Origin: Heterodontus francisci
Taxonomy: Eukaryota
Assembly (NCBI RefSeq): GCF_036365525.1
Contig: NC_090404.1
Coordinates: 7,130,001 to 7,194,000 of the forward strand
DNA: 64,000 bases
Direction: 5' to 3'
Shown here piece after piece: positions 50,466 through 63,018 of the stretch; within the stretch, counting starts at the first letter, position 1, and the number at the start of each line of letters is the position of its first letter. The notes under the pieces are model-generated. The model did not search any database, was not told the DNA's origin, and worked only from the letters and a program-made list of their open reading frames with translations. The position numbers and the translations under genes were made by a program.

Positions 50466-51784
50466 TGCAGTCCCCGGGTTACACAGGGGCTGGATCTGAC
50501 AGTTCATAGAAACCAATGTTTAAATCTTCTTTTTCGGGAATTTTATGTCTGAAAAAATCAAACTTCAAACCTCGCCAGAGGAACATTCAGAGTGTCACAA
50601 AGTTAAGTGAGCTGTTCGATTAATCCTATTTCCCATAACACGGCCAATTTGTCCACCTTCATGTATTGAGACAATTCCCTTTGAAAGTTACTGTTCAATC
50701 TGCTTCCAGCGGCCTTTCAGGCTGTGCATTCCAGATCACAACAAATCGCTGTATTAAAACAAAATTCTCCTCATCTCCCCCTCTGGTTGTGTTGCCAAAT
50801 ATCTCAAATCTTTGTGTCCTCTGGTTACAACCCCTCCTGCTATTGGAAACAGTTTCTCCCTATCTACTCCATCAAAAATCCTTCCGGATTTTGCACACTT
50901 CTATCAAATCTTGTCTGCTCGAAGAGGACAACCCATGTTTCCCTTTATAAAATCTATCAAAAACCCCTCATTTTTGAACAGATCGATTAAATAGGAAGAC
51001 ACACAGATGAAGAGGGAGACAAGAGAATGAGAGACAGAAAGACTCAAAGAAAATCTGAGAGACTTGAAAAAAGGCAGAAACACGAGGTGGTGAGAGATAA
51101 AAAGCTGAGTAATAGAGGGAACAAAGAACACACAGAGAGAATTATATAAAATCAAAGGGAGAAAACGACTAGCTCCCGGTTTCAGAGAGCAGAGAGAGCT
51201 CAGTGACTGATCCACAGATACTGCCAGTTATGTCCGGGAATGGAGAATCAAATCAGAAACAACAGGTTACATTGTAAATGTCACCACAATGTGTTCTGTG
51301 TGACTTTGAACCGATTCTGTGGACAGATATAGGCCACCTTTGCAGATGTTTCCATCAGATTGTGGCCCCTGGATTTATTTTCTACTCAGAAGTGAGATGT
51401 GTGGTTTGGAACCGGCAGCAGTGAAACAGGAAGTTGTGTTGCCCGAGAATGAAACAGCAGCTGTCAGTTTCATGCTATCACCATGAACAATTTTCCTGCC
51501 TGTGAGGGTGGATTCACTCTGATAGCACCAAGAACCAGCACAAAGATTTCTTCTGGACTCAGCATTGCATTCACCTCTATTCACATTTTAAAAAATAATC
51601 ATCTGAGTTCATTTGGGTTTTTATGAAGGGGGAGATGGATTCAGGATGATCACTGGGAGAAATGAGGGGAGATTAATAAAATGCATTTTCCCCAAAGAGA
51701 ATTATTCGAAAATAGGAGATTTTAAATGAGTCAACGTCTGTCTGTACAAGCGAGATAGAGAGAGAGGAGACAGATCTAATGCGT

Positions 51785-52400
51785 GCAGTGCAGTCTGAGG
51801 GAGAGGAGAGAGGTTCACTGAGTACAGTCTGAGAGAGAGGAGAGAGATTCAGTGAGTTCAGTCTGAGAGAGAGGAGAGAGGATCAGTGATTTCAGTCTGA
51901 GAGAGAAGAGAGGTTCACCGAGTTCAGTCTGAGAGAGAGGGGATAGGTACAGTGAGTTCAGTCTGAGGGAGAGGAGAGAAATTCAGTGAGTTCAGTCGGA
52001 GAGAGGAGAGAGGTTCAGTGAGTTCAGTCTGAAAGAGAGGACAGAGGTTCAGTCTGAGAGAGAGGAGAGAGGTTCAGTGAGTTCAGACTGAGAGAGAGGA
52101 GAGAGGTGCATTGAGTTCAGTCTGAGAGAGAGGAAAGATGTTCACTGACTGAGTTCAGTCTGAGAGAGAGGAGAGAGGTTCAGTGAGTTCAGTCTGAAAG
52201 AGAGGACAGAGGTTCAGTGAGTTCAGTCTGAGAGAGAGAAGAGAGGTTCAGTGAGTTCAGTCTGAGAGAGAGGAGAGAGGTTCAGTGAGTTCAATCTGTG
52301 AGAGTGGAGAGAGGTTCAGTGAGTTCAGTCTGAGAGAGAGAAGAGAGGTTCATTGAGTTCGGTGCAGCTTGAGAATAGGACAGAGGTTCAGTGAGTTCGG
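51785..52400. repeat. ~33-bp tandem repeat (gagagagaggagagaggttcagtgagttcagtct)
   Basis: About 18 well-conserved units. Confidence 0.93.
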
Positions 52401-52639
52401 TGACAGATGTTCTCGCCTGGGTAACGGAATGGTCTGTTTGAGATGTCTTTCTCACACAAGAGCACGCAACAGAATGGGTTGTGAAAAATTGTTCTTGTTA
52501 TCAGATGATTGGCAATGTTATTGCATTTTGAATAAAGCGAAATTGAATAAAATACTGAAAAACACTCGGTTGACATAATCACTTATGCCGGTGCAAATGC
52601 ATTGGAAGAATTAAGAATTATGTGTTCGAGGCAAACTGA

Positions 52640-53010
52640 CTATACAACACCAACACCAGCCCCCACACCCCCGTCAACATCCACATATGCACACACCACA
52701 CACACACATATACTCCACACACATTGCCACCCACACAGCACACACCCATACCCACACACAAACACACATCATTCTCCCCACACACACAGTCACTCACAAC
52801 TCCACCCCACACATACAGCCACTCACCACCCCACCCCCCCCCCACACACACAAACATATACCTACCCACACACAAACACACATGATTCTCCCCACACACA
52901 CAGTCACTCACAACTCCACCCCACACATACAGCCACTCACCACCCCACTCCCCCCACACACACAAACATATACCTCATCACACACACACGCACAGACACA
53001 CACACATAAA
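52640..53010. repeat. CA-rich tract containing a ~115-bp direct duplication
   Basis: acccacacacaaacacacat..cagccactcaccacccca occurs twice. Confidence 0.85.
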
Positions 53011-53554
53011 ACATTTTGTGTGAGCTATTTTCAGTTGCAGCTCTGAACCAGATGAGAGAGATAATCGTGTGGGCATTAGGACCCTACGGCAGCCCATCTG
53101 GTGGTGCTGTGAGGTCACGGTTCCAGACTCTGTCCAGTCGAAGCAGTGGGTCAGGGGAAGGTTATATCGAAAATCCTGCAGGAAAAAAAAAGTGGAACAT
53201 TAAAAAACAGTCAGCAATGGTCACAGTACAACATAAGTATGAATTAGCAAACCTTAACACAACAGAGTTTGTCAGTAAGTAGTGTAAAGTTCAGTGCACT
53301 ATTACTCAACTTCAGTCCTGTCCCTCAACCCCAGTTCATCTCTGGGAGATTGTTACAAGATTCAGCCCATCCTTTCAACACAAATATTACCCATAAAATA
53401 CCGGAGCAATTAGAAATTGCACACAACTGTCTTCCAACCAAAAATGATTAAATCATCATACACAAATGTATGTCTTTATTTAATATTAATATATATGATT
53501 CTCACTGTCTACCTACCTATCTATCTAGCTATTTATCTAGCTGCCTATCTATCT

Positions 53555-56500
53555 ATAAGAACATAAGAAATAGGAGCAGGAGTAGGCCATTAGGCCCCAC
53601 GAACCTGCTCCACTATTCAATAAGATCAGGGCTGATGTGATCATGGCCTTAACTCCACTTTTCTGCCTGCCCCCTTAACCATTGACTTTCTTATAGCTAA
53701 AAATGTGTCTCAATCACCTTTGAGTGTATACAATGACCCAGTCTCCACTGCTTTCTGAGGAAGAGACATCAAACACTAACAACCCTCTGAGAGAAGAAAT
53801 TCCACTTCACTCCGTCTTAAATGGAAGACCCCTTATTTTGAAACTGTGCCCCCTAGATCCAGATTTCTCCATGAAGGGAAACGTTCTCTCTGCATCTACT
53901 CTTTCAAACCCCCTCAGAATCTTATATGCTTCAACAAGATCATCTCTTATACTTCTAAACTCCAATGAGTAAAGGCCCAACCTTCTCAACCTTTCCTCAT
54001 AAGCCAACCCTTTCATCCCAGGAATCAGCCGCATGAAACCGCGCTGAACTACTTCCAATGCAAGTACATCCCTCCTTAAGCAAGGAGACTAAAACTGTAT
54101 GCAGTACTCTAGGTGCAGTCTCTCCATACCCTGTAAAGTTGCAGCAATACTTCCCTACTTTCATATGCCATCCTCCTTGCAATACGCACCAACATTCTAT
54201 TTACCTTCCTTATTTCTTGCATGCTAACTTTTTGTGATTCATGTACGAAGATACTCAGATCTCTCTGTACCACAGCATTCTGCTGCATCTCTCCATGTAA
54301 ACAATATTCTGCTTTTCTATTCTTCCTGCCAACGTGGACAACCACACATTTTTCCACATTATTCTCCATCTGCCAAATTTTTGTCCACTCTTTTAACCGA
54401 CCTATATCTCTTTGCAGATAGATTGTGTCCTCCTTCCAACTTGCTTTTCTATGCATTTTCATATTGCCCACAAATTTAGCTACGATATACTCGGCCCCTT
54501 CATCCAAGTCATTGATATAGATTGTAAATAGTTGAGGCCCCAGCACTAATCCCTGTGACACTCCGGTTTGCCAACCTGAGAATACTCCATTTATCACGAC
54601 TCTCTGTTTCCTGTTAGTTAGCCAATCCTCTATGCATCGAAACAGAGAAAATAGGAGTAGGGGAAGGCAATTCGGCCCTTCGTGCCTGCGCCACCATTCA
54701 TTATGATCATGGCTGAACATCCAACTCAGTAACCTGTTCCTACCTTCGCCCCATATCCTTTGATCCTTTTAAACCGAAGAGCTATATCTTCTTGAAAACA
54801 TACAATGTTTTGGCCTCAACTGCTTTCTATGGTTGCGAATTCCACAGGTTCACCACTCTCTGGGTGAATAAATTTCTCCTCATCTCAGTCCTGAATGGTT
54901 TACCCCATATCCTTAGACTATGACTCCTGGTTCTGGACTCCCACACCATCGGGAACATCCTGCCTGCAACTACTCTCTCGAGTCCTGTTAGAATTTTATA
55001 GGTTTCTATGAGATCCCCCTCACTCTTCTGAACTCCAGGGAATAAAATCATAACTGACTCAATCTCTCCTCATACGTCAGTCCCGCCATCCCAGGAATCA
55101 GTCTGGTAAACCTTCGCTGCACTCGCTCTATAGCAAGAACATCCTTCCTCAGATAAGGAGACCAAAGATGCACACAATATTCCAGGTGTGGCCTCACCAA
55201 GGCCCGGTATAATTGCAGCAAGACATCCCTACTCCAGTTCTCGAATCCTCTCGCTGTGAAGGCGAAAGTGGGAACAGGTTACTGAGTTGGATGATCAGTC
55301 ATGATAATAATTAATGGTGGAGCAGCCGCGAAGGGCCGAATGGCCTTCTCCTGCTCCGATTTTCTCTGTTTCTCTTTGCCTTTTTTACCGCCTGTTGGAC
55401 CTCCATGCTTACATTCAGCGACTGGTGTACGAGAATACCCAGGTCTCGTTGTGTATTCCCCTCTCTCAGTTTATCGCCATTCAGATAATATATTACCCCC
55501 AACACCAAGAGCTCTTATCTTGTCTAAAAAAATTTATGTGGCACCTCATCGAACGCCTTTTGGAAATCCAATGCGTGGTCTCTACTAGTTTCCTTTTATC
55601 CACCCTGCTTGTTACATCCTCAAAGAACTGTAAAACATTTGTCAAACACAATTTCCATTTCATAAACCATGTTGACTCTGTCTGATTGAATTACAGAGTC
55701 ACAGATTCATAACGGCGAAGAAGGAAGCCAATCAACCCACCGAATCCATTCTGGCTCTATTTAGAGCAATGCAATCAGTCCTGTCCATCAGCTCTATCCC
55801 TGTCGCCCTGAAAATTTACTTCCCTCAAGTGCCCATCCAATTTATCATTGAAATCATTCATCATCTCTGCATCCAGCATTCTCTTAGGCAGTAACTTCCA
55901 GGGCATTACCGCGCAATGTGTAAAGCAGTTCTTCTTCACATCCCCCTGTATTTCTTGCTCAAAACCTGAAATCTGTGCCCACTAGTCCTTGTACCATCAT
56001 GTAATGGGAACAGCTTTTCTTGTCTACTCCATTCATACCTGTCACACTCTTCCACACTTCTGTCAAAATTACCCTCAATCTTTTTTGCTCCAATGAGAAC
56101 AACCTCAGCTTCTCCAACCTAAACTTGGCGCTGAAATCGCTCATCTCTGGAATCATTCTCATAAATCTCCTCTGCATCCTTTCAAGGACCGTCACACCCT
56201 TCCTAAAATGTGGTGACCAGAACTGGAAGCAATACTTTAGTTGTAGCCTAACCAGAGCTTTATAGAGGATCAGCATAACTTCCCTGCTCTTGCACTCAAT
56301 ACTTCTATTTTGAAGCCCAAGATCCCAAGTGCTTTGTTAACTGCTCTTTCAATATACTGCCACGTTTAAAGCTCTATGCACACGATCCTCCAAGTCCCTC
56401 TGCCCCTGTGCACTTTTTAGAACTGTACCAATTTAGTCTATATTGCCTCTCCTTACCCTTTTTGCCAAAAAGCATCACCTCACATTTCTCTGCACGAACT

Positions 56501-56690
56501 TCCATCAGCCACTTGTCTGCCCATTCTGCTAGTCTATCTATGTCCTGTTGCAATTAATTGGCAACAACCTCACTATCTGCCAACTGATTTTCTAAATTTC
56601 CTGCTACTACTTCTTTCAGAATGGATTCCAGCATTTTCCCAATGACAAATGACAAGCTAACTGGCCTATAGTTTCCTACTTTCCGTCAGT
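53555..56690 (-). mobile_element. Cluster of nested CR1-like LINE fragments
   Basis: IEDWLTNRKQRV, GVSQGLVLGPQLFTIYINDL, GDLIETYKIL, LYKALVRLQLKYCFQFWSP. Confidence 0.85.
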
Positions 56691-56749
56691 CTGTCTGTCT
56701 ATCTATCTAGCTGGCTATCTATCTATCTAAGAGATGTTTTACAGTGCAG

Positions 56750-58010
56750 CCATGAATATGTAGGACCTAGTGTAATATAAGAAGAGATGGGATGGAGTCC
56801 ACTCTTGACTGAGACAGGGATGTATGTAATATTACATGAGACTAGGCCTTGTGCAGTAATGACGTAGACAATGCCAAGTGTAAAATAAACAGAGATGTGG
56901 TCGAGTGCAGTAATAATCTAAACATGTTCTCATGTGATATAAACTAGGACTGGGGATGGCCTAGTGGAATATGAAAAGAAGCATGGCCATGTCAACCAGA
57001 AGTGAGCGAGGGCTGAATGTAATATAAGCAGAGACATGGTCTGGAGCAATATGAGCAGTAATGGTCGGTTTTATGGTAAACAGAAACACTGGCTACTGCA
57101 GCAATAACTGAGACAGGGCCAAGTGAAGCTAATAGAGCTACAGGACCTGGAATACGATAAACTGAGACAGGGTCTAGTGAAGTTAATAGAGCTGCAGGAC
57201 CTGGAAAACAATAAACTGAGAAAGGGTCTAGTGTACTCACTAATGATACTGGGTCCAGATTCATATAAACTGAGACAGGGCCTAGGATACAGGGCCTTGA
57301 TTAATATAAACTGAGACAGGATCCAGCGCAGAAATTACTGATTCAGTCATTATATTAGTATGAAGTTTGACAGAGCCTAGTGCATTGATTACAGATACAG
57401 GGTCTAGATTAAAAGAAACTGATTCAGGTTCCATTGGGACATAAATAGAGATAGAGTACAGTACAATATAAACAGAAACGGGGTCCAGTTAAATATAAAT
57501 AGAGACGGGATCCAGTGTAATATCAACAGAAGACAGGCTCTAGTAAAATATATTAACAGAGATGGAATCTATTTATATATATATATATCAACAGAGACAG
57601 GGTCAAGTTTGATAAAAACAGAGACGAGGCCAGTGTAATATAAACAGAGACGGGGTCTATTGTAGTATAAAGAGAGACAGGGTCTAGTTTAATAAAACAG
57701 AGATGGGTTCTATTTTAATATAAACAGAGACGGGGTCTAGTTCAATGTAAACAGAGACAGGGTCTAGTATAATATAAACAGAGATGGGTTCTATTTTAAT
57801 CTAAACAGAGACAGGGTCTATTGAAATATAAAGGGAGACAGGGTCTAGTTTAATTAAAAACAGAGACGGGGCCAGTGTGATATAAATGGAGACAGGGTCT
57901 ACAGACATATAAACAGAGACAGGGTCTATTGTAATATAAAGAGAGACAGGGTCCAGTTTAATAAAACAGAGACGGGGCCAGTGTAATTTAAACAGAGACA
58001 GGGTCCACGT
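56750..58010. repeat. ~31-bp minisatellite array, reverse of 45555-47775
   Basis: tctagtgtaatataaacagagacaggg units. Confidence 0.9.
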
Positions 58011-58567
58011 GCAGCATATGCGGAGAAGCTCCAGTGCGGTGAAGCAGCGCCCGTTTCATGTCAAGAATTAGGCTTTCACTGCCATCCACTGGCCAGAGAT
58101 TGTCATTGCTCCCATTGGGAAAATGTCGATGTCAGTCACTGTTTCATGCAGCAATGTATCAAGAAACAACTTGCAATGATGTACCAGCTCATCACCTTCT
58201 GTGGAAGGTACCAAAGGGTTTAAGGTGTAACTAATTCAAGATGAATGTGTCCGACTTGTGCATAGATTCTTCAGGAACAGAGTATAGTGGTTCAAATCCT
58301 GTGAATGTATTTTTGTTGCTCTTGGTTCAAGCTGACCAGGACACAGTGTGGAATCATGGGAGCTTTAAAACCCACCTCAACAGAAAAGGGGTGGAGGAGA
58401 GATAATTGTTTCAGTTTGTCCCTGGGAAGATAGTGCCCTTTCAGCACTGCACCCATCGGAAGCCTGGTTAATACACTCAGTTTCTGAAGCTGACGTGGAA
58501 TCCATAATTTACTGATTCAGAATCAGAGTCAAGCCACTTTCGCCAAGCTGCTACTTAAATGTTTAAT

Positions 58568-60977
58568 AAAAGCAAAATAATGCGGATGCTTGAAATCTGA
58601 AATAAAAACATGAAATGCTGGAACAACTCAGCAGGTCTGGCAGCATCTGTGAAAAGAGAAGCAGAGTTAACGTTTCGGGTCAGTGACCCTTCTTCGGAAC
58701 TGATATATAGAATATTAGAAAAGTCACAGGTTATAAGCAAGTGAGGTGGGGGTGGGGCAAGAGATAACAAAGGAGAAGGTGTAGATTGGACCAGGACACA
58801 TAGCTGACCAAAAGGTCATGGAGCAAAGGGAAACAATGCAAATGGTGTGTTGAAAGACAAAGCATTAGTACAGATTAGGTGTTAATGCACTGAATATTGA
58901 ACAGCAGCAAGTGCAAACCTGAAAAAAAAACAGTGGGTAAGTAAACTGAACAAACTAAGATGAAATTAAATAAATGCAAAAAAAAGAATGTAAAAAATGT
59001 AAAAAAGAATGTAAAAAAAAAGAGAAGAAAATATAACTAACAAAGAAAGTAAAATGGGAGGCTGTCATGGTCTGAAATTATTGAACTCAATGTTCAGTCC
59101 GGCAGGCTGTAGTGTGCCTAATCGGTAGATGAGATGCTGTTCCACGAGCTTGTGTTGATGCTCACTGGAACACTGCAGCAATCCCAGGACAGAGATGTGA
59201 GCATGAGAGCAGGGGGGAGTGTTGAAATGGCAAACAACCGGAAGCTCAGGGTCCTGCTTGCGGACTGAGTGGAGATATTCCGCAAAGCGGTCACCCAGTC
59301 TGCGCTTAGTCCCCCCAATGTAAAGGAGAGCATACTGTGAGCAGCGAATACAGTATACTACATTGAAAGAAGTACAAGTAAATCGTTTCTTCACCTGGAA
59401 GGGGTGTTTGGAGCCTGGGATAGTGAGCAGAGAGGAGGTAAATGGGCAGGTATTTACCTCCTGTGATTGCAGGGGAAGGTGCCATGGGACGGGGACGAGG
59501 TGGTGGGGGTAATGGAGGAGTGGACCAGGGTGTCGTGGAGGGAACGATCACTTCGGAATGCTGACAGGGGAAGGGAGGGGAAGATGCGACAGATAGTGGC
59601 ATCACGCTGGAGGTGGCAGAAATGGCGGAGGATGATCCTTTGGACATGGAGGCTGATGGGTGGAAAGTAAGGACAAGGGGAACCCTGTCACGGTTCTGGG
59701 AGGGAGGGGAAGGGGTGAGGGTAGAGGTGTGGGGAATGGGCCGAACACCGTTGAGGACCTTGTCAACCTTAGTGGGGGGAAATCCTCGGTTGAAGGAAAA
59801 GGAGGTCATATCAGAAGCACCGTCATAGAAGAGCAGATGCGTCGGAGACGGAGAAACTGGGAGAATGGAATGGAGCCCTTCCAGGAGGTAGGGTGTGAAG
59901 AAGTGTCGTCGAGGTAGCTGTGGGAGTCGGTGGGCTTATAACGGATATTAGTAGACAACCTATCCCCAGAGATGGAGACAGAGAAGTCGAGGAAGGGAAG
60001 GGAAGTGTCAGAGATGGACCATGTAAAGGTGAGAGAAGGGTGGAAATTGGAAGCAAAGTTGATACAGTTTCCCAGTTCAGGGCGGGAGCAGGAAACGGCA
60101 CCGATAGTCATCAATGTACCGGAAAAAGAGTTGGGGGAGGGGGCCTGAGTAGGACTGGAACAAAGAATGCTCGACATCTCCCACAAAAAGACAGGCATAA
60201 CTAGGACCCGTGCGGGTACCCATAGCGACGCCTTTTACTTGAAGGAAGTGCGTGGAGTTGAAGGAGAAGTTGTTCAATGTGAGAACAAGTTCAGCCAGGT
60301 GGAGGAGGGTGGTGGTGGATGGGGACTGGTTGGGCCTCTGTTCCAGGAAGAAGCGGAGAGCCCTCAAACCATCCTGGTGGGGGATAGAGGTGTAGAGCGA
60401 TTGGACGTCCATAGTGAAGAGGAGGCGGTTGGGACCAGGAAACTGGGAATTGTCAAAATGACATAGGACGTCAGAAGAGTCACGGATGTAGGTGGGAAGA
60501 GACTGGACCAGCGGAGAAAAGATAGAGTCTAGATAGGAAGAAATAAGTTCAGTGGGGCAGGAGCAGGCTGACACATTGGGTCTGCCGGGACAGTCCCGTT
60601 TGTGGATTTTGGGAAGGAGGTAGAAGCGGGCTGTCCAGGTTTGCGGGACTATGTGGTTGGAAGCTGTAGAGGGAAGATCTCCAGAGGAGATTAGGTCAGT
60701 GACAGTCCATTGGACGTTGGCCTGATGTTCGGTGGTGGGGTGATGGTCCAGAGGGAGGTAGGAAGAAGTGTCCGTGAATTGGCGTTGAGCTTCTGCAAGG
60801 TAGAGGTCGGTACGCCATGCAACAAAAGCATCACCCTTGTCTGCAGGTTTGATGACCATGTCGGGGTTAGACCTGAGAGACCGGTGTGCCTCAAGTTCAG
60901 ATGGGGACAGGGTAGAGTGAGTGAGGGGGGGGGCAGAGAAATTGAGATGACCAATGTCTCGCCGACAGTTTTCAATG
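58568..60977 (-). mobile_element. Penelope-like retroelement (RT, GIY-YIG endonuclease, pseudo-LTR), frameshifted
   Basis: RT: IKPADKG, FYLLPKIHK, TMDVQSLYTSIPH, KGVAMGT, RYIDD. GIY-YIG: VVYCIRC..LYIGGTKRRL. pLTR ~58568-58700; flanking 10-bp repeat aatgtttaat. Confidence 0.93.
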
Positions 60978-61884
60978 AATGTTTAATGTGTTCAAGTGAC
61001 ATTTTATATCTGCATTGGTTAATACAGTTGCTGTTAAACTTCCGTATACTAATATCACAAATAGCAACTTCAGGATTACAATTACAAAACTGTTGATTAA
61101 TGCAACTGAAATTCGTTGAATCATTGAATCTGACTGGATAGAAGGAGGCCATTCAGCCCATCGTGGCAGCTGTTTGAAAGAGATATCCAATCAGTTCCAC
61201 TCTCCTGGTCTTTCTCCAAAGTCCTGACAATCTTTCCTTTTCCAGTAATTATTCAATTCCCTTTTGAAAATTCCTAATTGAATGTGTTTGCACCAACCTT
61301 TCAGATAATTCATTCCAGCTCAAAACAACTCGCAGTATTAAAAAAAATCTCCTCTTCTTGCCCCTTATTCCTTTACCAATTGTTTTAAATCTGTGTCCTC
61401 CGGTTGCTGACATTCCTGCCAGTGGAAACAGTATCTCACTAACAACACTATCAAAATCATTCATAATCCATGAGCTCAATTAATTCTCCCTTTAGGCCTC
61501 TCTACTCTAAGGGAAACGATCCCAGCTGTTGTAACCTCTCTGCAGAACTGAAGTCCCTCATCCCTCTTCCAATTCTATCAAACCCCCTCTGCACCCTCTC
61601 CAGCGGCCTTAAAATCCTCTCTGAAATGTGGATTGAAATAAATTCTGCCATTATTTCACATTCATCTTATTTCTAAAGATACATTGGCCCTTAACATTGA
61701 GGTGTGTGGTAATCTGAGTATTATTAATATTGGTACCGATAATCTTACTTGCTTTGACACTGCAGACGGTGACTACATACTCAGCAACATCAACCTCTGC
61801 ACCGTTGATGTTTCAATAAGATCACTGTTGTGAGCTGCTGATTGGACATTTCATTGATTTAAAGACTCTTTTTAAATACAGTTG

Positions 61885-62620
61885 TTTATTTATTCATTCA
61901 TGGGATGTGGGTGTCGCTGGCTCGACCAGCATTTATTTCCCATCCCTAATTGTCTTTGAGAAGGTGATGGTGAGCTGCCTTCTTGAACAGCTGCAATCTT
62001 TGAGGTGTAGGTACACCCAGAGTGTTGTTAGGAAGGGAGTTTCAGGATTTTTACCCCGTGACAGTGATCGTGTTCCAAGTGAGGATGGTGTGTGAATTGG
62101 AGTGAACCTTGCGAGTGGTGGTGTTCCCATGCATCTGCTGCCCTTGCCCTTCTAGGTGATAGAGGTCGTGGGTTTGGAAGGTGCTGTCAAAGGAGCCTTG
62201 GTGAGTTGCTGCATTGCATCTTGTACACAGTATGCACTGCTGCCACTGTGCATCAGTGGTGAGTGAATGTTGAAGGAGGTGGTTGGGGTGCCAATCAAGC
62301 GGGTTGCTTTGTCCTGGATGGTGTCGAGCTTCTAGAGTGTTATTGGAGCTGTACCCATCCAGGCAAGTGGGGAGTATTCCATCACACTCCTGACTTGTCT
62401 CTTGTAGATGGTGGACAGGCATTGGGGAGACAGGAGGTGAGTTAATTGCTGCAGATTTTCCAGCCTCTAACCTGCTCCTGTAGCCACAGCATTTATGTGG
62501 CTGGTTAGTTTCTGGTCAATGGTGACCCCCAAGATGTTGATAGCCGGGGATTCAGCGATGATAATGTCATTGAACTTCAAGGGTAGAAGGTTAGATACTC
62601 CCTTGTTTGATCTGGTCATT
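61885..62620 (-). mobile_element. 3' fragment of the LINE family at 10900-13235
   Basis: Reverse-complement similarity incl. tail catccctaattgtctttgagaaggtgatgg. Confidence 0.85.
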
Positions 62621-62920
62621 GTCTGTTATTGTTGTTGTAGACATGTCTCTCTTTATATTCCAGTAGGACCTGTGCTTGTTGTTCATAATGTAGAACATCT
62701 CTCTGTTTCTATTGCACAAGGCTCTGCCTCAGTTATTACTTGAGAAAATGCCTCTATTTATATTATATTCGGTCCTATCTTTGTTATTACTATGCTAGAC
62801 GTCGATGTCTCTGATAATATTACATTCGGCTCACTCTCAATTACACTGTAATAAACCTGATCTCTCTTTATATTGCACTGGACCTGCGTTGCACTCGATC
62901 CTGTATCTGTTTATATAACA

Positions 62921-63018
62921 GTTCCGAAGAAGGGTCACTGACCCGAAACGTTAACTCTGCTTCTCTTTCCACAGATGCTGCCAGACCTGCTGAGTGAATC
63001 CAGCATTTCTTGTTTTTG
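62921..63018 (+). mobile_element. 98-bp solo Penelope pseudo-LTR with hammerhead-like core, inserted in minisatellite
   Basis: gttccgaagaagggtcactgacccgaaacgttaac; direct repeat tatataaca at 62912-62920 and 63019-63027. Confidence 0.8.

Noticed and set aside
51340-51575. Acceptor plus SIRLWP, WNRQQ and LDSAL motifs resembling a TCR V
   Set aside because: First Cys region is absent, spacing is short, frames are inconsistent and there is no RSS; not supportable without a profile search.
51785-52400. Regular repeat superficially like a CRISPR array or Ig switch region
   Set aside because: No unique spacers and eukaryotic context; far from the C exons and not AGCT-rich.
52602-53046. His/Thr-rich ORFs
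   Set aside because: Translations of a CA-repeat tract.
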